Virus record (IMG/VR): IMGVR_UViG_3300025327_000717
Coordinates: 8,954 to 72,953 of that record
Length of the DNA stretch: 64,000 nucleotides
From: a virus
Strand: one strand, 5' to 3'
Each line of letters begins with the position of its first letter. The stretch's first letter is position 1. The notes under the pieces were generated by a model. That model was given only the letters and a program-made list of their open reading frames with translations, did not search any database and had not been told where the DNA came from. The position numbers were made by a program, and so were the translations under genes. Of this stretch, positions 18,301 to 29,099 are shown one piece after another.

Positions 18301-18578
18301 CCATCCTGGAGTTCGTCGTCGCGATCAACGCCGGCATCACGGACCGGTCGCGTCGCTTCTACGTCGATCTCGTCAGCTCGGCTGGCGGGAGGCTCACGGC
18401 AACGCTCATGACCAGGACCCTCGACGCGAACGGGCTAGTCTTAGAGAGGCAGGAACTCGGGTCGGTCCAACTCTACGCAGATGACGGCTTGGTCCAATCG
18501 GTCATCCTGCTGCAGAGCGCACCAGTGAGGGTACTACGTCATCTGGAACGTCACGTACCAGAGGTCCCAGTCAAGTGA
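18297..18578 (+). CDS. hypothetical protein
   Basis: Coupled overlaps. Confidence 0.55.
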   Translation: MTILEFVVAINAGITDRSRRFYVDLVSSAGGRLTATLMTRTLDANGLVLERQELGSVQLYADDGLVQSVILLQSAPVRVLRHLERHVPEVPVK

Positions 18579-18805
18579 GGATCAATCGCGAGTACGAGGC
18601 ATCCGACATCGACTTTGCTGATCCTCGCAACAGCGTATTGCTCGCAGTATCACTCATCGCGGTGCTGACGCAACCTCGTCCGGACGAGTCAGGCGAGGAT
18701 CTGGCCAAACGTACCGTCGCCGCCATGCGCACGGTGCTTGAGTCGAGCGGCTTCACCATCACCAAGATCGAAGTGCCCGACATGATCCGACGGTCGTTCG
18801 AGTGA
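18575..18805 (+). CDS. hypothetical protein
   Basis: GTGA overlap. Confidence 0.55.
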   Translation: MRINREYEASDIDFADPRNSVLLAVSLIAVLTQPRPDESGEDLAKRTVAAMRTVLESSGFTITKIEVPDMIRRSFE

Positions 18806-18902
18806 ACGACCGTCAACATGAGCGCATGGCGTTCATGCGAGGCTTCATCACAGGTGTCGGGGTGTCACTCATCATCACGCTCATCTTTCGAGGGGCGCCG
18901 GT

Positions 18903-19169
18903 ATGAGCCGGCGGGTGTGGAAGTTCCCGCTGGATCTTGAAGCGGGGTCGCAGTCACTGCGGTTGCCTCAGGAAACGCGCATCGTCCACGTCGCCATGCA
19001 GGCCGGCGCACCGACGCTCTGGGCGCTCATCGACACGGGAGCCCCCACGGTCCAGCGCGACTTCGTCATCCGGGCTACTGGCGAGCCTGTCTGCGACGAC
19101 GAGATGTACATCGGGACCATGTTCACAGAGATATTCGTCTGGCATGTGTTCGAGGTGGCGCCGGTATGA
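18903..19169 (+). CDS. phage hypothetical protein
   Basis: VWKFPL...LWAL...TGE...YIGT...VWHVFE pattern common in small phage proteins. Confidence 0.65.
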   Translation: MSRRVWKFPLDLEAGSQSLRLPQETRIVHVAMQAGAPTLWALIDTGAPTVQRDFVIRATGEPVCDDEMYIGTMFTEIFVWHVFEVAPV

Positions 19170-19360
19170 GCTACAAGGTCGTCAGGTTCTACTTCGACCG
19201 TCCGGGCTATAGGCGGACCATCATCGAACGCTGCACGTTGGCCGAGGCGCAAGCTCACTGCAACGATCCAGAGACATCGAGCAGCACGGCCACGGGTGCC
19301 GCGGCACGAGCACGGACTCGTCGCATGGGCCCGTGGTTCGATGGATACCAAGAACGATGA
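19166..19360 (+). CDS. hypothetical protein
   Basis: ATGA overlaps. Confidence 0.6.
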   Translation: MSYKVVRFYFDRPGYRRTIIERCTLAEAQAHCNDPETSSSTATGAAARARTRRMGPWFDGYQER

Positions 19361-19668
19361 TCACGTTCGAACAAGCCATGACCGAGGATCGCTTCCACCA
19401 AGGAGCGTGCTCGGTGTCGTACGGCAAGACAGGCAAGGCGAATCCCACGGTAACCATGATGGGGTGGCGACGCAACGGCCGGACCAAGACGTGGAAGACC
19501 CGCCCAGATCAGTTCAGCATCCCGGTCAAATACGGGCTGCACTCGTACGGCCGCATCGATCACACCAACGCATGGGCCTTCCACCTCGCGAACGAGTGCA
19601 AAGCACTCGCCGAAGTCGAGCGATGGTGGGCAGCATACGAAGCAGGCGCACACACAGGGAGGCTTTGA
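19357..19668 (+). CDS. hypothetical protein
   Basis: WRRNGRTKTWKTRP...PVKYGL; coupled overlaps. Confidence 0.6.
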   Translation: MITFEQAMTEDRFHQGACSVSYGKTGKANPTVTMMGWRRNGRTKTWKTRPDQFSIPVKYGLHSYGRIDHTNAWAFHLANECKALAEVERWWAAYEAGAHTGRL

Positions 19669-19838
19669 TGACGACGTACATCGTGAACGTGACGCTAGAC
19701 GATGAGTTCTGGCTTGTGCACGTGGAAGGTATCGGCATGACACAGGCCAAGACTCGGGATGAGGTCGAAGCGATGGCTCGTGATCTCATCGAGGTCATGA
19801 CAGGCGGGCTCGAGTTCGAGATGACGATCCGTGGCTAA
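19668..19838 (+). CDS. HicB-like antitoxin N-terminal domain protein
   Basis: WLVHVEGIGMTQAKTRDEVEAMARDLI; GGGAGG RBS; no HTH and no adjacent HicA. Confidence 0.65.
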   Translation: MTTYIVNVTLDDEFWLVHVEGIGMTQAKTRDEVEAMARDLIEVMTGGLEFEMTIRG

Positions 19839-20136
19839 TCCGATGGGCAAGACACGTCCCGCTGACAAGCCGTATCTCATCGTCGTGCACGGCAGTTGGG
19901 AATACCGTGTGTTGAAGGCGAACACCCAAAACCCCGGCAAGGTCGGCGGCTCGTGGTTCTGTCTCGTCACGACACCCTTCACGGGCCCGAGTGGCGACAT
20001 GGGTGACACGTACATCTCTGATGTGCAGGGCACCGTCACGTTCCGCGATCCAGTCGTCACCGACGACCTGCTGCCACGCCACTTGGGTGGCACGGTGCAG
20101 GTCGCTAAGAACCCGATGGACGCGTGGGGCTTCTGA
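19831..20136 (+). CDS. hypothetical protein
   Basis: ORF tiling. Confidence 0.6.
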   Translation: MANPMGKTRPADKPYLIVVHGSWEYRVLKANTQNPGKVGGSWFCLVTTPFTGPSGDMGDTYISDVQGTVTFRDPVVTDDLLPRHLGGTVQVAKNPMDAWGF

Positions 20137-20474
20137 TGGGCTACGGGATCACGCGCATCGAACTCGACGATGGCAAGGTGTTCTTCGTCGACTCATCCGA
20201 ACTCGAGACATGGCGTGAACGATCACATGATGTCACCGAGAGTGTCATCGACTACGACGAGACGGGACTCGGAGAAGCAGCCAGCGAGCTGACCGCGGAT
20301 ACGTTCGACACCGCGCTCCCTCAGACGTGGGTCGATGAGGTCGTCGCAAAGACGGGGCACTGGCCGTATGGCTTCGTGTGGGTGTATCCCGGTCGCAGCA
20401 TCTTCGGACTGCCGCTCCCTATCACGGTAGCGGCACATCAGCATATGGCTTCCATACGTGAAGCAGGGCTCTGA
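20136..20474 (+). CDS. hypothetical protein
   Basis: TGATG coupling. Confidence 0.6.
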   Translation: MGYGITRIELDDGKVFFVDSSELETWRERSHDVTESVIDYDETGLGEAASELTADTFDTALPQTWVDEVVAKTGHWPYGFVWVYPGRSIFGLPLPITVAAHQHMASIREAGL

Positions 20475-20487
20475 TAGCACAAGGATC

Positions 20488-20527
20488 GAAGGATGGCGCG
20501 TGGGCTTCGGCTCATGCGCCATCCTTC
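20488..20527 (+). terminator. long UUCG hairpin
   Basis: gaaggatggcgcgtgggc-TTCG-gctcatgcgccatccttc, 18-bp stem. Confidence 0.65.
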
Positions 20528-20788
20528 ATGCCCCACGCACCAGCGCACGTGGCTCGTACTGTACTGACCGGCGAGCGACTCGTTGACGACTAGAGAGGGT
20601 CATGCGGGCATCCCGTTCGAGTGCGATTGCTGCGGCGGCCTAGCGGGGCAGCGCAGCGGTTACGCGATCATCGGGGACAAGGCAGTCAGGGTGTGCCTGG
20701 GCTGCCTCGAGCCCGCCCACCGGAACGGAACCCCACAGAAGAGAGAGGCCGACCATGAGGATGTCGAGTGGGTCGGCAGGAGGAACGG

Positions 20789-21019
20789 ATGACCACGCTC
20801 AAGACCACATACACCGGCAAGACCGTGAACATCATGCCCAAGTGGCGTGCCCTCGTCCTGCACATGCTCGAGCTCTACAGGCTCGGTGGTGCTGAGGATC
20901 AGTCGTTCATCCGTGAGCAGTTCTTACGTATGGCCCATGCGGCCGACCTGTACATCGCTCTACCTGACACCGGGCTCGTCGAAACGAGCATCCTGTCTGC
21001 CGAAGGGTTGCGTCCATGA
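20789..21019 (+). CDS. hypothetical protein
   Basis: AGGAGG RBS. Confidence 0.55.
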   Translation: MTTLKTTYTGKTVNIMPKWRALVLHMLELYRLGGAEDQSFIREQFLRMAHAADLYIALPDTGLVETSILSAEGLRP

Positions 21020-21197
21020 ATATCTTGGTCGTGGCTCGCGACATCCCAAGCGATGAGTCCTTGGAGCTAGGCGTCTTCGCAAGCGTCCAACTGACCTACA
21101 GAGTCTTGCGCTCTGACGACGATCTCATCATCGCCACGATGGTGGATCGAGAGGAAGGCGTCATGTGGGAAGCTCAAGGCATCTTTACCTCGAGGAG

Positions 21198-21575
21198 ATG
21201 AAGCGCGAGCACGGCGAAGCTGCAGACTTTGGGGTATCGCCGCCCTGTCCCGAGTGCGGCGGACCGGCCGACACCGGGGCTGGCCATGACTGCGAGGTAG
21301 ATCGTGACGCCATATCGCTCGCCCGGGTCCTGAGCAGCGAGCAGGTGCGGGTCGATGAGGTCAGCACCATCTACGTGGCCGACCTCGACCGCTACATCGT
21401 GTCGCTCATCGTCGGCTATGCCAAGGATGACGAGGTGACGAGCCCCCGTGACGCTGCCTACTTCGCGTTACGGCTCACGACGGACGAGGGCAGCACGGAT
21501 ACGGTCTGGCGCGTCTATGACCGCCTGACCGAGAAGACGTACGAGTTCACTCAACGGGAGATGGAGTGGAGATGA
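21198..21575 (+). CDS. hypothetical protein
   Basis: GAGGAG RBS, CPEC motif. Confidence 0.55.
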   Translation: MKREHGEAADFGVSPPCPECGGPADTGAGHDCEVDRDAISLARVLSSEQVRVDEVSTIYVADLDRYIVSLIVGYAKDDEVTSPRDAAYFALRLTTDEGSTDTVWRVYDRLTEKTYEFTQREMEWR

Positions 21576-21858
21576 GCGCATGGGAGCGCGCAGCACAGAT
21601 GTACTTCGACCCACCCAGCCCGGTGCCCACCTGCGACATCTGCGATGAGCCTGAGTCGTTCGAGTGGGGCGAAGAGGACGACTGGAACGGTGAGATGGGT
21701 AATCACCTGTCTTGCGAAGAACGACGTTCTCAGGATGATGTGATGTCCATCATCGAAGAACGGCTCCTCGAACATGTGATGTACGGAGATCAGTGATCGA
21801 TCACGTTCGTCCGTGAGCTCGACAGCCAGGTAAGCACGACGCACACAGGAGGACACAC

Positions 21859-22362
21859 ATGTCCACGCGCGCGACCATCCACTTCGAAGAGATTCAGACA
21901 CGACGTTGGGACGCCAAGAGACAGAAGCTCATCACGTTACGCAAACCCAAGGTGAGCACAGACGCGATCATCTACCGTCATAACGACGGCTACCCCGAAG
22001 GGCTCGGGCAAGAACTTGTGCGCTTCATCCAAGAAGTGAGGCAGTTACAGGACTCACGCCTTGACGACCCGTCATATCTGGCAGCCAAGTGGGTCGTGTT
22101 CGATGTGCTCTTACACCAGGCCTACCATGCCGCATCGAACGAACAGCGCAAGGCCGTCGGTCAAGAACCCTATTACCCAGATCCGATCCCGCGCCTCGAC
22201 TTCCTGTCGATCGGCATCGTCATGGAAGACCCCGGAGACATCGAGTACCGCTACCACGTCATCGCCGATGGCAGGGTCGAGCAGGTCACGTGGGACGGTG
22301 GATACGGTGAGGCGTTCGATGAGCACGGAGAGATCAGCACACTGGAAGGAGAGGTTGCCTAG
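21859..22362 (+). CDS. phage hypothetical protein
   Basis: MSTRATI...YRHNDGYPEG...DIEYRY; AGGAGG RBS. Confidence 0.7.
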   Translation: MSTRATIHFEEIQTRRWDAKRQKLITLRKPKVSTDAIIYRHNDGYPEGLGQELVRFIQEVRQLQDSRLDDPSYLAAKWVVFDVLLHQAYHAASNEQRKAVGQEPYYPDPIPRLDFLSIGIVMEDPGDIEYRYHVIADGRVEQVTWDGGYGEAFDEHGEISTLEGEVA

Positions 22363-22744
22363 CGCGGAACGCTTCGGGCACCCAAGGTTGTGACTTGTGG
22401 CCCTGCAACCTGACTCCACGAGCAGCCGCACGTTCCAAGATAGGGCGCGCCTGTTCGCGTCGCCTGTCTCCGAGAAGGGGCCACATACGACGGATGAGTC
22501 GAGCAGCATCGTAAGTGCGCGACAGCCTCCACCTCCACAACGGCTTCACGCTGTTCTTTTGGTGATAAGGACCATCGATCGCCCCGATACCCACGATGGC
22601 AGCGAAACGCCGAACGGTCTGCTCGTCAGACATGACCAAGGCCATGGTCGTGATCTTACCGGTAGCACCGTTCCCAAACACCCCCATCGTGCCCTCGCCC
22701 TCGAACAAACCCGTGGCCCAAGCGATGTCGATACGCGGCGTCAT
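22334..22744 (-). CDS. free-standing LAGLIDADG homing endonuclease (antisense to operon)
   Basis: IAWATGLFEGEG single LAGLIDADG motif. Confidence 0.75.
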   Translation of the reverse strand: MTPRIDIAWATGLFEGEGTMGVFGNGATGKITTMALVMSDEQTVRRFAAIVGIGAIDGPYHQKNSVKPLWRWRLSRTYDAARLIRRMWPLLGDRRREQARPILERAAARGVRLQGHKSQPWVPEAFRARQPLLPVC

Positions 22745-22779
22745 ATGGGTCCCCACTGACGAAAGGTAGGTAAGATACC

Positions 22780-23406
22780 ATCGGACAATATCACGTCATC
22801 GTGAATCTCGATAAGCACGAGTTCCTGAACCCGTGGGACATGGGCGAGGGTGCCAAGTTGCTGGAGTGGGGCTACGGCTCTGGCACGATGCTGACCGCTC
22901 TCGCGATCCTGCTCGCAGTGAGCAACGGCCGAGGGGGCGGTGACTACCATGCGAACGAGAAAGACCCTTCGCTCAACGAGTGGGTCGGGCGCTGGGGCGG
23001 CGATCGCATCGCTGTCATCGGTGACTATGCCGAGGATGGCGACCTCCCGGCTGAGTTCAGTGCAGGCGCCATCTGGCACGCCTGCAGTCTGGCCCGCAAG
23101 GGACTGAAGTGGGTGCCACTCAAGAAGCGCATCGCTGAGAACGAGAAGTCGCGTACGTCCTATGGCGATTACGTCGACGAGTGGAACGCGCGAGATCGCG
23201 TGGTCGAGACCATGCCCAGGTTCACGAACATCAGCGCCCCGATGCGACGGGTCATCGAGGCTGATGGAGTCGTCCACTTCACGAGCGAGATATGGAAGTC
23301 GAGAGAGATGGACGGCACGGTGACGGAAGACGAGCACATCCGAGTCAAGAGGAGTGACGACGAGGGGCCGTCACAGATGTTGCGGCCCGACATGGTCGTC
23401 GACTGA
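22780..23406 (+). CDS. phage hypothetical protein (start ATC at 22780 or GTG at 22801)
   Basis: (I)GQYHVIVNLDKHEFLNP...GRWGGDRIAVIGDY. Confidence 0.65.
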   Translation: MGQYHVIVNLDKHEFLNPWDMGEGAKLLEWGYGSGTMLTALAILLAVSNGRGGGDYHANEKDPSLNEWVGRWGGDRIAVIGDYAEDGDLPAEFSAGAIWHACSLARKGLKWVPLKKRIAENEKSRTSYGDYVDEWNARDRVVETMPRFTNISAPMRRVIEADGVVHFTSEIWKSREMDGTVTEDEHIRVKRSDDEGPSQMLRPDMVVD

Positions 23407-23762
23407 TGGGCTACAGCACATATATCAACGGCGATCTGACCATCGCGCCACCACTCTCCGAGGATGACCACGAGACACTCGACGGCATCTTCGATGACCT
23501 GTGTCGCGAGGATCCGAACCTGATGATCGCCTTTGAGGATGACGCAACTAGGTTGACGTTCGACTCTGAGGTCAAGTACTACGACGACGCCCTCGAGCTC
23601 ATCGACAGCGTCATCGAGTTCGCAGGCTCACGTGGGCGCGTGCTCAGCGGCCATGTCATCGGCCAAGGCGAAGATGCTGGCGGCGATTACTGGAAGGTGG
23701 TCATCACGGACAACGCTCGTAAGACAGCGTGGGGAGAGATCACGTACGGGGAGCCTGAGTGA
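23406..23762 (+). CDS. acidic hypothetical protein
   Basis: TGATG coupling. Confidence 0.6.
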   Translation: MGYSTYINGDLTIAPPLSEDDHETLDGIFDDLCREDPNLMIAFEDDATRLTFDSEVKYYDDALELIDSVIEFAGSRGRVLSGHVIGQGEDAGGDYWKVVITDNARKTAWGEITYGEPE

Positions 23763-23826
23763 TGGGCTGGACATGCACACACCGCGATCGCGGTGAGATG
23801 ACGAACCACGGAAGGATGATGTACAG

Positions 23827-24123
23827 ATGACACTCGCGGAGGCGCTGTCGCCAGCTCGCATCAAGACAAGCGGCAAGTTCACGGCCATGCTGGCCTATAT
23901 CCTTGGCCAGCATGGCTGGACCGAGCCGGAGATCGTGGACATGAGGATCACCAGCGACGACGTGCTGCTGGTCGGTGACGAGGACGACCCGCTGCTCGAC
24001 CAGATCGCAGGCTCGGGCAGCGACCTGTTCCGCAACCTGCAAGGGGTGGCCGAGGTCGCAGGCCTGACGAAGGCCCAGGCCACGGAACTCATCCGTCTCG
24101 CTGAGGCGAGGACCCGCATCTGA
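23827..24123 (+). CDS. hypothetical protein
   Basis: ORF tiling with RBS. Confidence 0.6.
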   Translation: MTLAEALSPARIKTSGKFTAMLAYILGQHGWTEPEIVDMRITSDDVLLVGDEDDPLLDQIAGSGSDLFRNLQGVAEVAGLTKAQATELIRLAEARTRI

Positions 24124-24398
24124 TGGGCCTCATCGACGACGCCATCGCACGCAAGATGGATACCCATACCGGTCGGCGCATCGACTACGAGCGCATGAGT
24201 CGTGAGCATCCCAAGCAGAAGGCCGCTCTCACACGGGCCATCAAGACGGACGACTCGGAGGTCATCGCACAAGTCTGCAAGGCCGCCATCAAGTCTTGGG
24301 ATGAGTGCGGGGCGTGGCCGGACGACTGGCACCGATGGCAAGCTGCCCTCGACGCCACCCTACCGTGGACCCAGCACATCGACCTGCGGGACCTGTGA
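24123..24398 (+). CDS. hypothetical protein
   Basis: TGATG coupling. Confidence 0.6.
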   Translation: MGLIDDAIARKMDTHTGRRIDYERMSREHPKQKAALTRAIKTDDSEVIAQVCKAAIKSWDECGAWPDDWHRWQAALDATLPWTQHIDLRDL

Positions 24399-24847
24399 GG
24401 ATCTACCGCCGACCTGTCGGCTGGGCCCGGCGTGAATACGCGGTGTTGGCACCGTGAGACGGTTCGGACCGAAGGAAGCCGGACATCCAAGCATCGGCGA
24501 TGAGTGTCCGGCATGTCACCTTCCCTTCGTGGAAGGTGACTACACGACACTCGTGGCCCTCGGCCCGGGTGATGACGAAGAGGGTCGACGACGACGCGAT
24601 GAGGGACGGTACTACAACGCGGTAGCCGTCGAGGTCCACTGGGACTGCTCGAGCCAAGAAGAAGGATGACGATGATCGAGCCACGCAGATCACAGGATGG
24701 GTACTTCGAGTGCCCACTCTGTGGCATCCGTGGTCGGCGGTGGGCCATCGTTGACCATATCAACCGCGACCACTGGCCCCATAGCGCAAGGCCTCGGCCT
24801 GACCTGACTAGCGCGCCGCTCGTTGGCGGTCACACGAAGGAGGACCC

Positions 24848-25489
24848 ATGGGTCTAGACGTCTATCTGCAAGATGGTTCCACTGAGATCGACCGCTGGGG
24901 TGACGATGCCCCAAAGAGCCCGACGCACCCAGACCACCTCTGCACGCCGTTCTACCTGCGCAGCTCGTACAACAGTAACGGCTTCGACGGGGTGGTCGGC
25001 AACATCATCCCGGGAGGCACGCTCTGGGACATCTTCGCTCCCTGCGGCGACCTCGAGAGCGGCAGGGTGAGGCCGACCAAGAGGGCGCTCCGTGCATCTC
25101 GGGAGAGGGCGATCGCCATCGTCGAAGCGCTGGCCGACGCAGAGGCCATCGGTGCCGAGTTCTACGCCGACAATCCGTTTCGAGCCGAGCCTTCAGTAGT
25201 CGATAGTGATGAGGCCGCGATCGCCGTCTATCGCAAGCAAAAGCATGACGAGAAGCGCCCGGCGGGCCCAGCCCTCGACAGCTTCTCCAACATCGACGGA
25301 GCGTTCTTCTTCGGAGAGCCGCTCGAGGTGATCGCCGCTATCCCAGGCAGGGGCTTCGGTGGCAGGGGCGTCTACCTGGTCTACAAGATGACCGACCTCG
25401 CGTGGTATCAAGCCGCCGCAGATGTCGTGGTCGAGTTCATCGACAACGCCCTGTCGATGAAGCGCCCGGTGATCTCGTGGTCATATTGA
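24848..25489 (+). CDS. phage hypothetical protein
   Basis: AAGGAGG RBS; MGLDVYL start. Confidence 0.7.
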   Translation: MGLDVYLQDGSTEIDRWGDDAPKSPTHPDHLCTPFYLRSSYNSNGFDGVVGNIIPGGTLWDIFAPCGDLESGRVRPTKRALRASRERAIAIVEALADAEAIGAEFYADNPFRAEPSVVDSDEAAIAVYRKQKHDEKRPAGPALDSFSNIDGAFFFGEPLEVIAAIPGRGFGGRGVYLVYKMTDLAWYQAAADVVVEFIDNALSMKRPVISWSY

Positions 25490-25678
25490 TGACCTGCACC
25501 TACAACGTCGGCGGCCCAGACGGCCCCGACAGGGAGTGTGGACGAGAAGCTGTCTGCAAGTGGGTACGACTCGTCGATCAGAGCGTCAGTGTCGTGACTT
25601 GTGGGCGCCATGAGCGCATCGTCGCTCGCGCGCTTGGTATCGCCCTGCCGATCGCCAAGGCACTCTACCGGAAAGAAG

Positions 25679-26095
25679 ATGTCTAGGCCACAGGGAGTGG
25701 CAGAGGCGTTCGCGCGTCTCTGCCCAGACGTCCCCCCCGAACTCTCTCCAGACGTGAGGCTTGCGATATCAAACCCCTACATCTCGCTACAAGACATCGT
25801 GATCACCGGGCTCGAGGGTGGCTATGGCTGGTTCCTGGTCGAGTCCTACAAGCCCGAAGCCACGGGCGCTGACATGGAACCATGGGCCGTCGTCTCCGAG
25901 TATCCGGATGACCCCAACCGCCACTACGCCCTCGATCGCGTCAGCGTTCGGATCGGGCTCATACGATGGATCGACCACATGCTCGATCAGGGCCTCGAGC
26001 CTGTGCATATCGTGAGCAGCCTGGAAGACATGGACCTGAACATGGCGGACTGCGTCCTGCAGTTCGCCACATGGGGAGAGCTTCGATATGGTTGA
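25679..26095 (+). CDS. hypothetical protein
   Basis: Ends ADCVLQFATWGELRYG; ORF tiling. Confidence 0.6.
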   Translation: MSRPQGVAEAFARLCPDVPPELSPDVRLAISNPYISLQDIVITGLEGGYGWFLVESYKPEATGADMEPWAVVSEYPDDPNRHYALDRVSVRIGLIRWIDHMLDQGLEPVHIVSSLEDMDLNMADCVLQFATWGELRYG

Positions 26096-26840
26096 ACGTT
26101 GTGCCGACTACGGGCACGAAGAGATGATCCACGGGACCAAGCTCGCCGCTGCGGTCGCAGCCGACCTCGTGACCGAGAGTGTGGCCTTCACGTTGGACCC
26201 GTTCCCGCATGACGGCTACCGGTTCTCCTTCGGACCGGAGTGGGCGCGGCTATTCCGGGCCATCGTGGGAGACCGCCAGGATGGCGAGATCACGCATGGC
26301 AGCGATAGCGGCGGCGATGACCCCGTCTATCGCAAGCAGATGACCGATGCGGGCAGGGGAGCGTTGCTTCGATGAGCAAGCCACCCATCGCCTATACCAA
26401 CGTGACCCACGACGACTGGGTGGCGACCGATTCGAACGAGATAAGAACGCTCCAAGAAACGAGTGTCGTCTTAGACATATGCCCCGTCTTGATCATCGAC
26501 GACGATGGTGGAGACTTCAGGCGCTGTGGTCTACCGCTCCATGTCGTGCATACACGAACGATCCGTGGAGATGATTACGGATCCTGGCCCGTCCACGACG
26601 CCTATCTCGAGTGTGGTCACACGCTCGATGACATACGGTCGTCGCTTCGGGTGGAGGAGTACCTGTGAAAGACGACGACCCCCCCGTGCATGTGACTTAC
26701 CAAGACCCGAAGGCCAAAGTCGTCCCACATGATCCCATCATGGACGTAGAGGTGGTGACAAAGGACAAAGAAGGGCGGCCCTCGTTGGTGCGGCATGTAT
26801 GTCGCATCTGCGGGCGCCTCATCAGCAGCGGAAGACACGT

Positions 26841-27512
26841 GTGAGCATCCGTACCCTCATGGTGCGGCGGACGGCAAACAGCAAGACCGGGCCGGTGGAC
26901 CTGGCGACATACAGGACGCAGGACTCTTGCCCGGTCACCTGCCCGCTCATGGGGGCAGGCTGCTACGCCGAGAACAACGGCCCACGCGGACGCCCCACGC
27001 TCTTCGCCACAGCGGAACGGGGCACCATCGTGGGCACAGACTATGGCCCGCTCGTCGAGGCACTCGACTCGCTCTCGCAGTGGTCGATCGTCCGCTTCAA
27101 CGTAGCCGGTGACTATCTTCTCGAAGATGGATCCCCGGACATGGCCTACATCGAAGCCACGAACCATGCGAAAGGCGACGTCCTCTCGTACACGCATGCC
27201 TGGCGCACGTTGGACCCAGCATGGTTCACCGACAAAGCCAGACCGAACGCATCCTGTGACACACCGCAGGGCGTCTTCGATGCCAAGGCGGCTGGCTGGG
27301 CCACTGTCATCGTGGACCCGGATGGGAGCTACGGCCAGGGCACGAGCATCGGCGCGTCCCGGTGTGTCACGTGCCCATATGAGGTGAACAAGAGGCAGTG
27401 CATCGACTGCCGTCTGTGCGCACGCGGCAACCGACCATCGGTGGTCGTCTTCCCAGTGCATGGACAACGACGCATGCTTGCCGCGACAGCGCTACAGGAG
27501 ATCACGACATGA
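26841..27512 (+). CDS. Cys-rich radical-SAM-like / Fe-S phage protein
   Basis: NSKTG, SCPVTCP...CYA, RFNVAGD, YTH, CP...CIDCRLC, HG. Confidence 0.6.
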   Translation: MSIRTLMVRRTANSKTGPVDLATYRTQDSCPVTCPLMGAGCYAENNGPRGRPTLFATAERGTIVGTDYGPLVEALDSLSQWSIVRFNVAGDYLLEDGSPDMAYIEATNHAKGDVLSYTHAWRTLDPAWFTDKARPNASCDTPQGVFDAKAAGWATVIVDPDGSYGQGTSIGASRCVTCPYEVNKRQCIDCRLCARGNRPSVVVFPVHGQRRMLAATALQEITT

Positions 27513-27716
27513 TCGATGTCTCGATCCACACCTACCCCAAGACGACGTTCGAACCACGAAAGATCGAGCCCGACGATGGTTCGGCGCCCTTCACGTGCCT
27601 CGACATCCGTTTTGAGGAAGGTGGGATGAACGTGACTATCTACACCGAGAAAGAGGATGTCGAGTCCGTCGACCGCATCATCAGAGCCCTGGTGCGGATC
27701 AGGGCATGGAGAGAGG

Positions 27717-28109
27717 ATGCGGCCGAGCGATTGGCTCACTGAGCTTGGTGCCATCGATTTCTACCCGGAAGCCAAGCTGCACGAACTCGAACCATATGGC
27801 GTGGGATACGACGATGGACTGCTCGTGAGCCACATCGAGATAGGCCTCCCGTACAGCACATACGGCAGGCTGACTCGGGTCCCGCTGTTGACCGAGCGTG
27901 AGCTCATGCGAGAGGTACGACTGCTGGGGTTCGATCCTGTCTTCGAGAGACACGGAGCAGACAAGCTGGTGATCGGCTTCCAGGTCATCACCAGTGTGTG
28001 GACCCTGGTGCGCCCCATCACGATCGAGCGACCACCGTCCACGTTCGAGTCTGATCCTATGGCGAAGGCTCGGCTAGACCTAGCAGCGATCAGAAGGTAT
28101 GGCTACTGA
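27717..28109 (+). CDS. hypothetical protein
   Basis: ORF tiling. Confidence 0.5.
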   Translation: MRPSDWLTELGAIDFYPEAKLHELEPYGVGYDDGLLVSHIEIGLPYSTYGRLTRVPLLTERELMREVRLLGFDPVFERHGADKLVIGFQVITSVWTLVRPITIERPPSTFESDPMAKARLDLAAIRRYGY

Positions 28110-29099
28110 TGGGAGCGCCAGAAGAGGTCGGCCTGCCGCCAACGCGGCTGCGCCACTTCGCCAATCGTGACTTGGAGATGATCGTGGTATGGACGTCACC
28201 GCGCGGAAAGGTCCCGTGGGGCGGCGTGCCTGCTGTCGCCACAGTCGATGGCCAAGGGTTCTATGCAGGAGAAATCGTCGGTGACGAGCTGATGGCGGTC
28301 GACCTGCTGACCAGCCTCGAAGATGCACGGGCCAACGCCAGGCGTCGGGACTGGCGATGACCGCCCCGCTCCGCATCTTCCGGGTGACGTACACAGCCCG
28401 GCGACCAGGCCCCCATGGATATCGCAAGGGACGAGTATTCGTGAAGGTGCCCTATGGGGGCTCCTTCGCGATGACCGAACTCCTGACCAGGATGGTCGCC
28501 ATCGGGCAGGTAGAACGCTTCGAGGTCGCCATGGCGACAAAGCGTGAGATCGCATCATGGCGCCCGTTCCTGCGGCGCTGGCTACCGGCACTGACAGCCT
28601 CGAGCAACCTCACAGGAGTGGACTGGACAGCATGAAGACCAAGGCCGTCGAGGTCGGCGAACGCATCATCATCGAACTTGAGGTCAGGATCGCAAACACT
28701 TGCGACGACAAGACTGGCGGGAGGTGGTACTGCACGACCCACCGCAAGATGCTCCTGAACAACCTTGAGAAAGATGTCCACACCTATGACAGGCGCAGCC
28801 ACAGATTGGCGTGGTTCTGCTTAGAGCACAGCGCCTATGAGGCACCGGGGCCACAGAAGTGAAGACCGTGAAGGTCTTGCGCACCTATATCTGCGACAGA
28901 TGCGGTGCGACCCTCGAGGTTTGGGACGAGGCCGGAAGGGGCGTCGCAGTCGGTCTACCGGCAGGCTGGACGATCATCGAACACCATCTGCGCTCGCTCC
29001 TTTTCACCCATGAACTCTGCGAGATGTGTACGCAGAGTTTCGACAGATGGCTCAAAGATGTACTATCGTGACACGAACCCGCACACGACAGGAGACTAG

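Noticed and set aside
22750-22790. CTGACGA as a hammerhead core
   Set aside because: No stem II followed by GAAA in the right arrangement
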